From: Desulfuromonadales bacterium
GTDB lineage: Bacteria; Desulfobacterota; JAENJC01
DNA length: 64,000 bases
Assembly: GCA_919902985.1 (NCBI GenBank)
Contig: CAKKSC010000022.1
Coordinates: forward strand, 3,436 to 67,435
Reading direction: 5' to 3'
Part shown: in pieces, positions 18,968 through 28,112 of the stretch
Numbering within the stretch: position 1 is the first letter of the stretch
Layout of the letters: the number at the start of each line of letters is the position of its first letter
The notes under the pieces: model-generated
Seen by the model: the letters and a program-made list of their open reading frames with translations, nothing else
Told to the model about the DNA's origin: nothing
The model's database searches: none
Made by a program: the position numbers and the translations under genes

Positions 18968-19609
18968 TTATTTACTTCCGTACCGATGCCGCAGGAACTC
19001 AATAACCCCTGGAAGGATCGAAACAAATATGATACCTGTTATGACAAGTGTAAAGTTGTGCTTGACGGCAGGAATATTGCCGAACATATACCCTCCAAAT
19101 ATGAAGACAGCTATCCAGGCCACCCCTCCAACGATGTTATAGTTTATGAAGTGCCAATATGACATGCTTCCTACTCCAGCCACAAACGGGGCAAAGGTAC
19201 GGATTATGGGCATGAATCTGGCTATAACTATGGTCTTCCCACCGTGCCTTTCATAGAACTGATGGGTTCGTTCAAGGTATTCCCTTTTAAAAAACCGTGA
19301 CCCGCTCTGCTGAAAGACCTTCGGCCCCATATAGTGCCCTATCCAGTAGTTCAAAGTATCACCTGCCACAGCCGCTATAGTGAGAAGTCCAAACAGCCAG
19401 AAAGGGTCGAGAAAACCCATGGCGGCAATTGCCCCTGCCGCAAAGAGGAGGGAGTCTCCTGGAAGGATGGGCATTATGACAAGCCCTGTCTCACAAAAGA
19501 TGATGAGAAAGAGGACCATGTATGTCCATGTTCCATAGCTCTGTATAATGGTATTCAGGTGCTTGTCGAGGTGCATGAATAGATCGATGAAGCCTGTCAA
19601 TAATTCCAT
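18968..19609 (-). CDS. dedA: DedA family membrane protein
   Basis: ETGL..LPGDSLLF, ARFMPIIRTFAPFVAG. Confidence 0.93.
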   Translation of the reverse strand: MELLTGFIDLFMHLDKHLNTIIQSYGTWTYMVLFLIIFCETGLVIMPILPGDSLLFAAGAIAAMGFLDPFWLFGLLTIAAVAGDTLNYWIGHYMGPKVFQQSGSRFFKREYLERTHQFYERHGGKTIVIARFMPIIRTFAPFVAGVGSMSYWHFINYNIVGGVAWIAVFIFGGYMFGNIPAVKHNFTLVITGIIFVSILPGVIEFLRHRYGSK

Positions 19610-19618
19610 TGCTCTCCT

Positions 19619-20401
19619 TTAGATCGGAACAAAGTGGTTGAGAGGGTGGTTCCCCTTTCCAATGTCGTCAAACCCGCTCTTTATTCCATTAAGTACATAT
19701 CCCTTGGCCTTCGATACCGCTTCCTTAAGTTCTAACCCCCTTGCAAGGCCTGCGGCAATGGCGGCTGACAATGTGCAACCTGTCCCGTGGCTTAACTTCT
19801 GCACCCTTGTGGCCTCATAAGTCTCAAATTTAATTCCGTCAAAGAGGATGTCGACGGCCTTGCCTTCAAGATGTCCGCCCTTTATCAGGACGCTTTTTGA
19901 GCCTGTTTTACTGAACAGTGCAGTGGCAGCCTCTTTCATGGAGCTTATGTCAGTAACCTTCATTCCCGAGAGGATTGATGCCTCAAGAAGATTTGGTGTG
20001 ATAATGGTGCATAGGTTAATCAGCGTATCTTTTAATATCTGTACAGCTTCCTCTTCCAGTAAAGGTTCCCCGCTGCCGGAAATCAACACCGGATCAAGGA
20101 CTATGTTGGCTACCTTCGTCTCCTCAATAAACTGGCTCACAGCAATGACATTCTCAAGGGTCCCCAACATGCCGATCTTTACCGCATCAATCCTGATATC
20201 CTCGTGGATGCTCTTAAGCTGCTTTACCAGAAAGGCAGAAGGCACATGGGAAACATCCTGGACACCAACTGTGTTCTGGGCTGTAAGAGAGGTAATGGCG
20301 GCCATTCCATATACCCTGTATGCGCAGAATGTCTTTAAGTCTGCCTGAATACCTGCCCCCCCTGATGGGTCGGAGCCTGCTATGGATAATACAGTTTTCA
20401 T
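19619..20401 (-). CDS. thiD: Hydroxymethylpyrimidine/phosphomethylpyrimidine kinase
   Basis: IAGSDPSGGAGIQADLKT, HGTGCTLS. Confidence 0.96.
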   Translation of the reverse strand: MKTVLSIAGSDPSGGAGIQADLKTFCAYRVYGMAAITSLTAQNTVGVQDVSHVPSAFLVKQLKSIHEDIRIDAVKIGMLGTLENVIAVSQFIEETKVANIVLDPVLISGSGEPLLEEEAVQILKDTLINLCTIITPNLLEASILSGMKVTDISSMKEAATALFSKTGSKSVLIKGGHLEGKAVDILFDGIKFETYEATRVQKLSHGTGCTLSAAIAAGLARGLELKEAVSKAKGYVLNGIKSGFDDIGKGNHPLNHFVPI

Positions 20402-21018
20402 ATTTGAAATGCCTCAAGAAACTTTCTTGTTGCTCCCTCTATATCATCTGCTTTAAGAATGGCAGATATCACAGCAGCGCAGTCGGTCCCGGTGTCTATG
20501 ACTTCTTTAAGGTTCTCAAGGTTTATCCCGCCTATGGCCACAACCGGAATATTTACACTCTTCTTTACTTCTCGTAGCGCCTGTAATCCCTTGGCCTCTT
20601 CGGCACCTGCTTTGGTCTCTGTTTTAAATACAGGGCCGAAACCGATGTAATCGGCCCCTTCCTGTTCCGCCTTTAACGCCTGTTCTAAGTCATGGGTCGA
20701 GAGACCTATCACCCTGCCCTTTCCCAAAATCTTTCTTGCCTCGGCAATCGGCAGGTCGTCCTGGCCAAGATGTACTCCATCTGCATTTGACAGCAGGGCG
20801 ATGTCCGCCCTGTCGTTTACTATGAATAGGGACCCAGCCTTTCTTGCAAGCAACCCGATCTCTCTGGACTGCCTCAGAAGCTCCTTTGATGAAAGCCCTT
20901 TCCCCCTGAGTTGTAGAACCCTTGACCCTCCGGCCAATACTCTTTTGGCAAGCTCAATATTCGACAGATCAGGGCGGATAGAATTGTCTATTATTGCATT
21001 GAGGCCCTTGATTTTCAT
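20398..21018 (-). CDS. thiE: Thiamine-phosphate synthase
   Basis: QLRGK, NDRADIA, GVHLGQDD, VAIGGI. Confidence 0.95.
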   Translation of the reverse strand: MKIKGLNAIIDNSIRPDLSNIELAKRVLAGGSRVLQLRGKGLSSKELLRQSREIGLLARKAGSLFIVNDRADIALLSNADGVHLGQDDLPIAEARKILGKGRVIGLSTHDLEQALKAEQEGADYIGFGPVFKTETKAGAEEAKGLQALREVKKSVNIPVVAIGGINLENLKEVIDTGTDCAAVISAILKADDIEGATRKFLEAFQI

Positions 21019-21619
21019 CTTTTCATCGATATCATGAATATCGCCGTATCCGCGAAGAGGTTTGGCAATATCTTTGTAACCCTGTTCTTCCTGATGAATA
21101 CCGAGTCCAGCACGCTGAACCCCCTTTTCTCACAATATTCCTCAAAGTCTTTGATGCTTATAAAATGGACGTTTGGGGTATTGTACCACATGTAAGGGAG
21201 GGAGGGGGTTACTGGTGTTATCCCTCCGAAGAAGACCTGCAGGCGCACAGGGTAATAACCGAAATTCGGGACCCGATTATTACCTTCCTCCCGACCCGGA
21301 GGGCCTCTTTGACAACATTGTCCGGGTTCCAGACCTGCTGGAGGCTCTCGTTCAGTATAACGTAGTCGAAAGAGCCATCCCCATATTCGGACAATCCGCT
21401 GTCAATGTCGCCGTGATGGACACTGAGCCCCTTTTCAACACAGGAATATATGGCCTGTTCGCTGAACTCTATCCCTTGCCCCCTGACCTTATTTTCCTGC
21501 TCCAGCAGGTAGAGGAGATCCCCTTCCCCGCACCCTAGATCTAGGACCGAGGCCCCTCCCATCACTATGCCGAGGATCAATTTATGGTCCAGCTTAATCT
21601 CAGTATTTACCACATTCAT
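21015..21619 (-). pseudogene. metW: Methionine biosynthesis protein MetW, split by a 1-nt frameshift
   Basis: N-half (VLDLGCGEG, FDYVIL) and C-half (LPYMWYNTPNVHF) join as GFPNFGYYPVRLQ if one T is restored at 21271. Confidence 0.85.
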
Positions 21620-22791
21620 TCTTTTACGGCCTTTTCAAGGAAATGCCTGATGAGATGCCCTTGCTGCTCCGATTCAATGAGGAAGGAATCGTGGCCGAAG
21701 GGTGCATCTATCTCGCAGTATGTAGCGTTTAGCCCGGCCATCTTGCAGGCCCTTACGATCTCTTTTGAGTGCTCAGGCGGATAGAGCCAGTCGGTCTTAA
21801 AGGATATGACGAGGACTCTCATATCGCTTTTCTTTAATGCAGGATGCAGACCTCCGGAGACGTCGAAATGGTCCATGGACTTGCTGATATACAGATATGA
21901 GTTTGCGTCAAACCGTTCAACGAATTTATTCCCCTGGTAGCTAAGATACTGCTCTACACCAAAGACAGCAGAAGACTTAAAAGGCGCGGCAATGTCCCGC
22001 CTCTTCGTGGTTTTTTCTTCAAGGGATTTTTCACTCATGTAAGTGATATGCCCGACCATCCGTGCCACGGCAAGCCCCGCAGCAGGCGGCGGGCCGTCGT
22101 AATAATCGCCTGATTTCCAGTTCGGGTCCGCCATGATCGCCTGTCTGCCGACCTCATTGAAGGCGATCTGCTGCGGCGTATGTCTTACCGTTGCGGCTAT
22201 GGGTATGGCGCTTCTCACCCTCTCAGGATAGGATGCCATCCACTGCAAGGCCTGCATCCCGCCCATGGAGCCGCCTGCAACTGCAAGGAGCTTGTCTATG
22301 CCAAGGTGATCGATCAAATGCCTTTGGGCGTTTACCATGTCGTCTATGGTTATCATTGGGAACTTGAGACCATAAGGCGCGCCGGTCTCAGGGTCTATCG
22401 AAGAAGGCCCGGTTGACCCCTTGCACCCGCCGATGACGTTGGAGCAGATGACAAAGTATTTGTCGGTATCAAATCCCTTTCCCGGCCCTATCAGGATGTC
22501 CCACCACCCCGGCTTTTCAGTGCCTTCACGGAACCCTGCGGCATGGGCATCGCCTGAGAAGGCATGAAGCACCAGGACAGCGTTAGACCTTTCGCTGTTC
22601 AGGCTCCCGTAAGTTTCATACGCCAGCATCACTGGAGAGAGCTTCCCGCCGCTCAAAGTGACAAGCTCGTTAAACGTAAAATATCGCGTCTTTACAATTC
22701 CAAGGCCTCCAGCCTTCTCCATATCTGCTTGTTGAGCTGCTTTGCCAGTCGTATTGTGTATATGGTTCATTATATCAATTCTGTTTCTCAT
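21616..22791 (-). CDS. metX: Homoserine O-acyltransferase MetX
   Basis: LAYETYG, GGCKGSTGPSS, GGSMGG nucleophile, GHDSFL. Confidence 0.95.
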   Translation of the reverse strand: MRNRIDIMNHIHNTTGKAAQQADMEKAGGLGIVKTRYFTFNELVTLSGGKLSPVMLAYETYGSLNSERSNAVLVLHAFSGDAHAAGFREGTEKPGWWDILIGPGKGFDTDKYFVICSNVIGGCKGSTGPSSIDPETGAPYGLKFPMITIDDMVNAQRHLIDHLGIDKLLAVAGGSMGGMQALQWMASYPERVRSAIPIAATVRHTPQQIAFNEVGRQAIMADPNWKSGDYYDGPPPAAGLAVARMVGHITYMSEKSLEEKTTKRRDIAAPFKSSAVFGVEQYLSYQGNKFVERFDANSYLYISKSMDHFDVSGGLHPALKKSDMRVLVISFKTDWLYPPEHSKEIVRACKMAGLNATYCEIDAPFGHDSFLIESEQQGHLIRHFLEKAVKE

Positions 22792-22865
22792 ATTTTGTCA
22801 GTGCCCATTATGTCAAAATCTAAAACTGTTTGTCCAGAAGATAAAAAAACAGGAGTCAGAATTTT

Positions 22866-22897
22866 ATTTGCAATCGCGGCTTGTTTTCAGTTAAGCT
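22866..22897 (+). promoter_or_regulatory. Promoter/operator box, copy 1 (upstream of cupin, divergent from metX)
   Basis: ATTTGCAATCGCGGCTTGTTTTCAGTTAAGCT, 28/32 identical to 28569-28600. Confidence 0.65.
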
Positions 22898-22934
22898 ATA
22901 ATACTGTAATTCGGTGCTAAGAGGAGTCTAAGTT

Positions 22935-23372
22935 GTGCTAATCCGTCATAAAGGAAATTTCCGCTGGGAGAACATTTCTCTCCTGGCCTATAAGGAGGAG
23001 GGCAACTGCTTCAGGGATATCACCCGGCAGATACTTTTTGAAGGGGCTGCGAACATCCCCTGCCAACTAAGGTATTTTGAGATTGCATCCGGCGGTCATT
23101 CGACTTTGGAGCATCATGAGCATCTGCATCTTGTGATTATTGCGAGAGGTGAAGGGCATGTGCTGATAGGGGATGAGATCCACAGTGTCAGGGAGAACGA
23201 TGTCATGGAGATACCCTCCCACACCTGGCACCAGTTCAGGGCTACCTCGGACAACCCTCTCGGTTTTTATTGTATAGTGAACATCGAACGCGACCGGCCG
23301 GTAAGGCCGAGCGAGGATGATCTTAAATATCTGCGCAGGAAACCGGAGATAGCGGCGTTCATAAGGACATAA
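22935..23372 (+). CDS. Cupin-domain protein (TM1459-like)
   Basis: RYFEIASGGHSTLEHHEHLH and IPSHTWHQF metal motifs, GFYC. Confidence 0.85.
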   Translation: MLIRHKGNFRWENISLLAYKEEGNCFRDITRQILFEGAANIPCQLRYFEIASGGHSTLEHHEHLHLVIIARGEGHVLIGDEIHSVRENDVMEIPSHTWHQFRATSDNPLGFYCIVNIERDRPVRPSEDDLKYLRRKPEIAAFIRT

Positions 23373-23412
23373 ACGGACATCGAATCATAGAAAAAGCCTT
23401 TAAAGAGGTGAA

Positions 23413-25146
23413 ATGAAAAACGCTATAAAGATGGATACAAATAGCTTGAGACGCCTTGCCGGGTCGCGCTCTTTTGAGCGAGGTGAGGCGTATTTTGAAG
23501 AGGGAAGGGTCGGCAGTCTTGTGGAAGACAAGGGGAGGATCACGGCCTTTGTTCACGGATCGAGCAAATACAGGGTAAAGTTATGGGATGAGGACGGCCT
23601 TGAATACGAATGTTCATGTCCTGTTGGCCAGGACGGTGATTTCTGCAAGCACTGCGTGGCAGTCGGCTTGACCTGGTTGGCAGGAAATGACAATAAGGGA
23701 AAGAACGCCCTCTCTTCAGGCTCAAAGGTTACCTTTAAAGATATACGCTCCTATCTGCTGACGCAAGACAAGGAAATGCTGACGGAGATGATTCTGGATC
23801 AGGCTGCGGAGGATGAACGACTGCGGAATAAGCTCCTATTGCAGGCGGCAAGCAGTAAAAAGGAAGGGATAAACCTGACTGCCTACAGGCAGGCGATTGA
23901 CAATGCCGTAAGTCCCGATGGGTATGTTGGTTATTATGAGATGTACGACTACTCTCAAGGGATAGATGAGGTGGTCTCCTCCGTCTCCGAACTGCTGAAA
24001 AAAGGCAAGGCCGCTAAAGTAATCGAACTCTGTGAGTATGCACTTCGTAAAGTTGAAAAGGCAATCAATCACGTGGATGACTCGGACGGTCACATGGGCG
24101 GCATCCTGGAAAGGCTTCAGGAGCTTCATCTCTCCGCCTGCAAAAAGGCCAAGCCCGACCCGGAGGCGCTTGCAAAAAGACTGTTTGATTGGGAAATAAG
24201 CGGAGAATGGGACACCTTTTACGGCGCAGTCAAGGCCTATTCGGAAGTCCTCGGCAAAAAAGGACTTGCCTTATACCGGCAGTTAGCAGAGGAGGAGTGG
24301 AAAAAGATAAAACCTCTTGGCCCTGGTGAGAAAGACTCTGACCGGTACGGCATGCGATTCAGAGTAACGCATATTATGGGAGACCTTGCAAAGGAATCCG
24401 GCGACATAGAAGCCCTTGTGGCAATAAAGAGCCGCGACCTGTCGAACTCTTATGACTTTTTGAATATTGCCGAGATTTACAAGGGGTCCGGCAACAGAAA
24501 AAAAGGATTAGATTGGGCGGAGCTCGGCCTCAAGACATTCCCTAAAAAGCCGGATTCTCGGCTCATGGATTTTGTGGCAGAGGAGTATCACCATCTCAAA
24601 CGCCACGACGAGGCGATGAAGCTGATATGGATGCAGTTTGAGGAAAATCACACTTTCCATACGTACGATAAATTGAAAACCCATGCGGACAAGACCGGAG
24701 AATGGCCAGCTTGGAGGGAAAAGGCCTTAAAAGCGATACGCGAGGATTTAAAGCGCAACATGAAGGTCGGCAAGTCCCCCTGGCCCTGGATGAAAGGACA
24801 TGACCACTCCCTACTTGTTGAGATTTTCCTCTTTGAGAAAAATATTGATGTCGCATGGAAAGAGGCCAACGATGGAGACTGTTCCGACTCCCTCTGGTTC
24901 AGGCTTGCGGAGGCACGCGAAAAAGGCCACCCGAATGATGCCATAGACGTTTATCAGAAGATGATAAACCCTATTGTTGACCGGAAGAACAACAGCTCAT
25001 ACGAAGAGGCAACAAAGCTTATCATGAAGATTCATGCGTTAATGAAGAATATCGGCGAAGAATCAAAGTTTGCGTCTTATCTAAACTCCGTCAGAAGCGC
25101 TCATAAACCTAAGAGGAACTTTATGAAGCTGTTGGAGCGGATATAA
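23413..25146 (+). CDS. SWIM zinc-finger protein with helical-repeat C-terminus
   Basis: SFERGEAY...V, CSCP...FCKHCVAV SWIM motif. Confidence 0.85.
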   Translation: MKNAIKMDTNSLRRLAGSRSFERGEAYFEEGRVGSLVEDKGRITAFVHGSSKYRVKLWDEDGLEYECSCPVGQDGDFCKHCVAVGLTWLAGNDNKGKNALSSGSKVTFKDIRSYLLTQDKEMLTEMILDQAAEDERLRNKLLLQAASSKKEGINLTAYRQAIDNAVSPDGYVGYYEMYDYSQGIDEVVSSVSELLKKGKAAKVIELCEYALRKVEKAINHVDDSDGHMGGILERLQELHLSACKKAKPDPEALAKRLFDWEISGEWDTFYGAVKAYSEVLGKKGLALYRQLAEEEWKKIKPLGPGEKDSDRYGMRFRVTHIMGDLAKESGDIEALVAIKSRDLSNSYDFLNIAEIYKGSGNRKKGLDWAELGLKTFPKKPDSRLMDFVAEEYHHLKRHDEAMKLIWMQFEENHTFHTYDKLKTHADKTGEWPAWREKALKAIREDLKRNMKVGKSPWPWMKGHDHSLLVEIFLFEKNIDVAWKEANDGDCSDSLWFRLAEAREKGHPNDAIDVYQKMINPIVDRKNNSSYEEATKLIMKIHALMKNIGEESKFASYLNSVRSAHKPKRNFMKLLERI

Positions 25147-25247
25147 AACAGAAAAATTTAGACCAAATTATTCCGGATTCTTTCGCTTGACTATATTGCA
25201 ACTATGCGTAATACTTATGCTTAAGTAACTAATAGCAGGAGGCCTTC

Positions 25248-25529
25248 ATGCAAACAGCAATTTTGAAAACTGAGATTTATAAAGAAATATCCTTGCTGCG
25301 TGAGGACAAGTTAAGCGAGGTCAAAGACTTCATAGAATTTATCCTATCCCGCCAGAAACCTTCAAAAAAGGATGTTGTGCAATTAAAGGGAATTTGGGCG
25401 GACAAGGGTTTTGAAAAAATCGGAAATCTTGAGAAAGAACTTAAATCCATTCAAAAAATGACAATGCAGTCTATTATAAAAGCGAAAGGGCCGTCCAGGT
25501 CAATATTGCCATTATGCGGGCCTTTGTAA
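25248..25529 (+). CDS. DUF2281-like antitoxin; 3' end fused out of frame to an unrelated remnant
   Basis: EVKDFIEFI...LKGIW pattern; no PIN toxin follows. Confidence 0.55.
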   Translation: MQTAILKTEIYKEISLLREDKLSEVKDFIEFILSRQKPSKKDVVQLKGIWADKGFEKIGNLEKELKSIQKMTMQSIIKAKGPSRSILPLCGPL

Positions 25530-25689
25530 AACTCAGGGAAATCCTATCGACACATAAAGAACTTGCCCATAAATTGGCTGAGCATGAAAGGAAGATCGAG
25601 AACACGATGGAGAGATAAAAGTAATCTTTGACGCCATCCGCGGGCTAATGGCGGCACCGGAGCCGAAAAAGAAGAAGATAGGGTTTTGA
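25481..25689 (+). pseudogene. C-terminal remnant of an ORF6N-domain DNA-binding protein, frameshifted
   Basis: [32 protein letters not shown]...[frameshift near 25602]...[28 protein letters not shown]. Confidence 0.75.
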
Positions 25690-25690
25690 G

Positions 25691-25745
25691 CCTCCCCTCT
25701 TAAGATAAGAGGGTTTATGCCCTGTGGGTAGATTGAGGGGCGTTA
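25691..25745. repeat. Intergenic CCCTCTTA/TAAGAGGG palindrome with a nested 18-nt module
   Basis: CCCTCTTA-AGA-TAAGAGGG then TTTATGCCCTGTGGGTAG (16/18 to the reverse complement of 47784-47801). Confidence 0.6.
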
Positions 25746-25897
25746 TGAAAGTGTTCCAGTGGGGAGTGAATTAGCTATGGTGTCCCCGGAATTTCTGAAG
25801 GGCGTATTAGGGGCGCTAAAGTGGTGTGCGGAGCGGGCTTAAATCAATCTGTTTGCTAATAAATATGGGAAGTGTCCCTCATTTCCCCTCATTTCCC

Positions 25898-26041
25898 CTT
25901 GGTATTCAAGAAACAAAGAGCGACAGCGCAACTAAGAACCGCAGGTTCTTGCGCCGTCTTCAACAGATAGATAAGCTTCCAAAACGTGACCAGGAAGCCC
26001 TTTTACGGACGATTGATGCTTTTCTTGCAAAGGGGGAATGA
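25898..26041 (+). pseudogene. C-terminal remnant of an XRE-type regulator
   Basis: LGIQE...KNRRFLRRLQQIDKLPKRDQEALLRTIDAFL; HTH part missing. Confidence 0.55.
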
Positions 26042-26044
26042 TCT

Positions 26045-26221
26045 ATGCACGATAATTTCGATTCAGCCTTTGACGAACTCCTGGAGAAGGGGTTTATTGA
26101 ATACGTCGAGAAAAGACCGGACGGCGAACCGGAATACCGGCTCACCGCCAAAGGAATTAAGCAAAAGGGGCAGTTGGACTTATTGGAGAGAAAGAAGGGG
26201 GCTAATCTGAACCACCCGTAA
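26045..26221 (+). CDS. 58-aa winged-helix-like small protein (not in ORF track)
   Basis: MHDNFDSAFDELLEKGFIEYVEKRPDGEPEYRLTAKGIKQ...; L..L.EKG.IE...Y.LT.KG wing signature. Confidence 0.5.
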   Translation: MHDNFDSAFDELLEKGFIEYVEKRPDGEPEYRLTAKGIKQKGQLDLLERKKGANLNHP

Positions 26222-26224
26222 AAA

Positions 26225-27001
26225 TTAAGACCCCTTGAGATAGTAATAGAACATCCAGCTATTTTTGAACATGTGAAATACTATCGGGTGAATCAAAGAA
26301 CCACGTCTTTTATATAGCCACACAAAAAATAAGCCGGTAATAAACACACCGATGCTTGGTAATAAAGGATAAAAATGGGAATGTGTCCAAAGCAAAGATG
26401 ACAGGATGGCGGCAGCAAACCCGCCTAATTTCCTATAAAGTGGGCTATAAAGTAATCCTCGGAATACCGTCTCTTCTACTACCGGAGCAAGAATTACTGT
26501 ATTAAAAAAGTAGAATATGAAGACCTTCCAATTCAGTGATTTAATTTCATTTAACTGCGAATCTAAGGGATTAATAATCAAGTTAAAATTCAAAAAATAG
26601 ATGCTTAAAGCATTAAATAGCAACAGAACTGCGCAGAGCTTCACAATAAAGGGAAACTGGTTAAGTTTCAGATTAAATGCCGTGATAACAGACACCCTGT
26701 GTCTGTAAAAATATACGAGTGCCAAGATAAAGATAAAAGCATAGTCAACAAACGCATAAACCTCAAAGTTAAAAGAATTATATTCAAAGTATTGAACAAA
26801 AGGAATAGCGCTCCAAAACCATTGAATTAAAGCGAGGCTTAGATAAAAGATTAATATTATTATTACAGGGATTAAGGACCAGTTCTGCCTTTTAAGTGAT
26901 TCACTCTCAGGCTCGAACCGATCCTTAAATAATGTCAGCAATAGAAGAAGAATGACAGGGAAATATAAATAGATAAATAGTTGAAAATAGGCCATCCGCA
27001 T
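26225..27001 (-). CDS. CPBP (CAAX/Abi) intramembrane metalloprotease, candidate immunity protein
   Basis: EETVFRG, WTHSH, HMFKN motifs; AT-rich; starts 3 nt after the Rhs stop. Confidence 0.85.
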   Translation of the reverse strand: MRMAYFQLFIYLYFPVILLLLLTLFKDRFEPESESLKRQNWSLIPVIIILIFYLSLALIQWFWSAIPFVQYFEYNSFNFEVYAFVDYAFIFILALVYFYRHRVSVITAFNLKLNQFPFIVKLCAVLLLFNALSIYFLNFNLIINPLDSQLNEIKSLNWKVFIFYFFNTVILAPVVEETVFRGLLYSPLYRKLGGFAAAILSSLLWTHSHFYPLLPSIGVFITGLFFVWLYKRRGSLIHPIVFHMFKNSWMFYYYLKGS

Positions 27002-27004
27002 CGT

Positions 27005-27714
27005 TTACTTACAACTTGGTGGTGGCGTCTCAGCATTTGCTGGCTTAGGAGTAAATATATTTGGGTCAAGTATTATTGGAAGAAGAGTTCCTTTTGTTAC
27101 AGTCCTCACAACAGGAGCAATAACACCCTTCCAAGCAGCCTGACCTACCGTCACACCTCCATTTATCCCGACTGTTCCAAACTGTCCAGGTATTGCATTA
27201 CCGCCGGATGGAGTCATACCATTTAAATTAGAAGGTAAAGGTCCCGTATAATTACTCGGCGGAGTATATGGATTATCCGGCATAACGTTCGTAAACCCTG
27301 GGCCAGTTATTCCGAAAAGACCCGAAGGGTCAATCCAGTTCACCGGGTTATTTCCCACGTACCCGTACAGGCTCATATCACCGCCCGCAAACCCGATTGG
27401 GTCTTTTGCCGTCCATTTCCCTGTCTCCGCATCATAATCCCTGGCCCCAAACCTCGTCAGCCTTGTATCCCTGTCATACAAGCCGCCCGCAAAGCCAAAC
27501 GGCTGGAACCCAGGATTGGTATCGTTTATGACTTCTCCGAATTCGTTATAATCAAGCTGCTGCGCTATTGCGCCTGTGGAGGCATTTACCACAAGGCGAG
27601 GGCTTCCAAGATGATCGGTAATGATGCGATATGTAATGCCGCCTTTAATCATGTACTCCGGGATGTTCGTATTGTTAGCATAAACAAATCTTGAAACTAC
27701 GTTTCCAGCGCCGT
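27005..27714 (-). pseudogene. Orphan Rhs core end plus C-terminal toxin tip
   Basis: [38 protein letters not shown] then a ~100-aa variable tail; homology starts abruptly at [11 protein letters not shown]. Confidence 0.85.
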
Positions 27715-27897
27715 GGGAAACCTTGGGGACGTTGTTTCTATTCATGTAATTCTTATGTGACAACGTTCAGAAATCCAGGACACTTCCGCTATTCCTCTAC
27801 AATCTTCATCAGTACGTTTTTTATATTAATTTGACGTTAGAATTATTGCGCAGGGGGATAAAGGAGTCAATAAAAATGTTTCGATTAATAAGCCTTT

Positions 27898-27945
27898 CCT
27901 TCGACAAGCCTGCGACGAGCTCAGTCGAGCACTCAGGATGAACGG
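27898..27945. repeat. CTTCGACAAGCTCAGG-family repeat with nested insertion
   Basis: CCTTCGACAAG[CCTGCGACGAGCTCAGTCGAGCA]CTCAGGATGAACGG versus CCTTCGACAAGCTCAGGGTGAACGG at 7461. Confidence 0.65.
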
Positions 27946-28112
27946 TTGTTGAGAGGACATCAAGGACAACTCCACCCCCACCGCTGACAAAACCGCTTAT
28001 AGTTCAAGCGTTCAAAATATCTACATGTGTTTCTGATATTGCTAATGTTGGCTGCGAATAGGGATTAGTTGTAAACCCCTGTGGTGCGGTGAATGAAAAA
28101 ATATTACGTCCG

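Noticed and set aside
22792-22934. SAM or TPP riboswitch upstream of the met/thi genes
   Set aside because: No recognisable aptamer consensus, and the leaders are short
25826-25897. N-terminal part of the 25826-26041 ORF, and the first ~16 codons of the 27005-27763 ORF
   Set aside because: These stretches are translations of the junction motifs and adjacent DNA, not part of the XRE or Rhs homology
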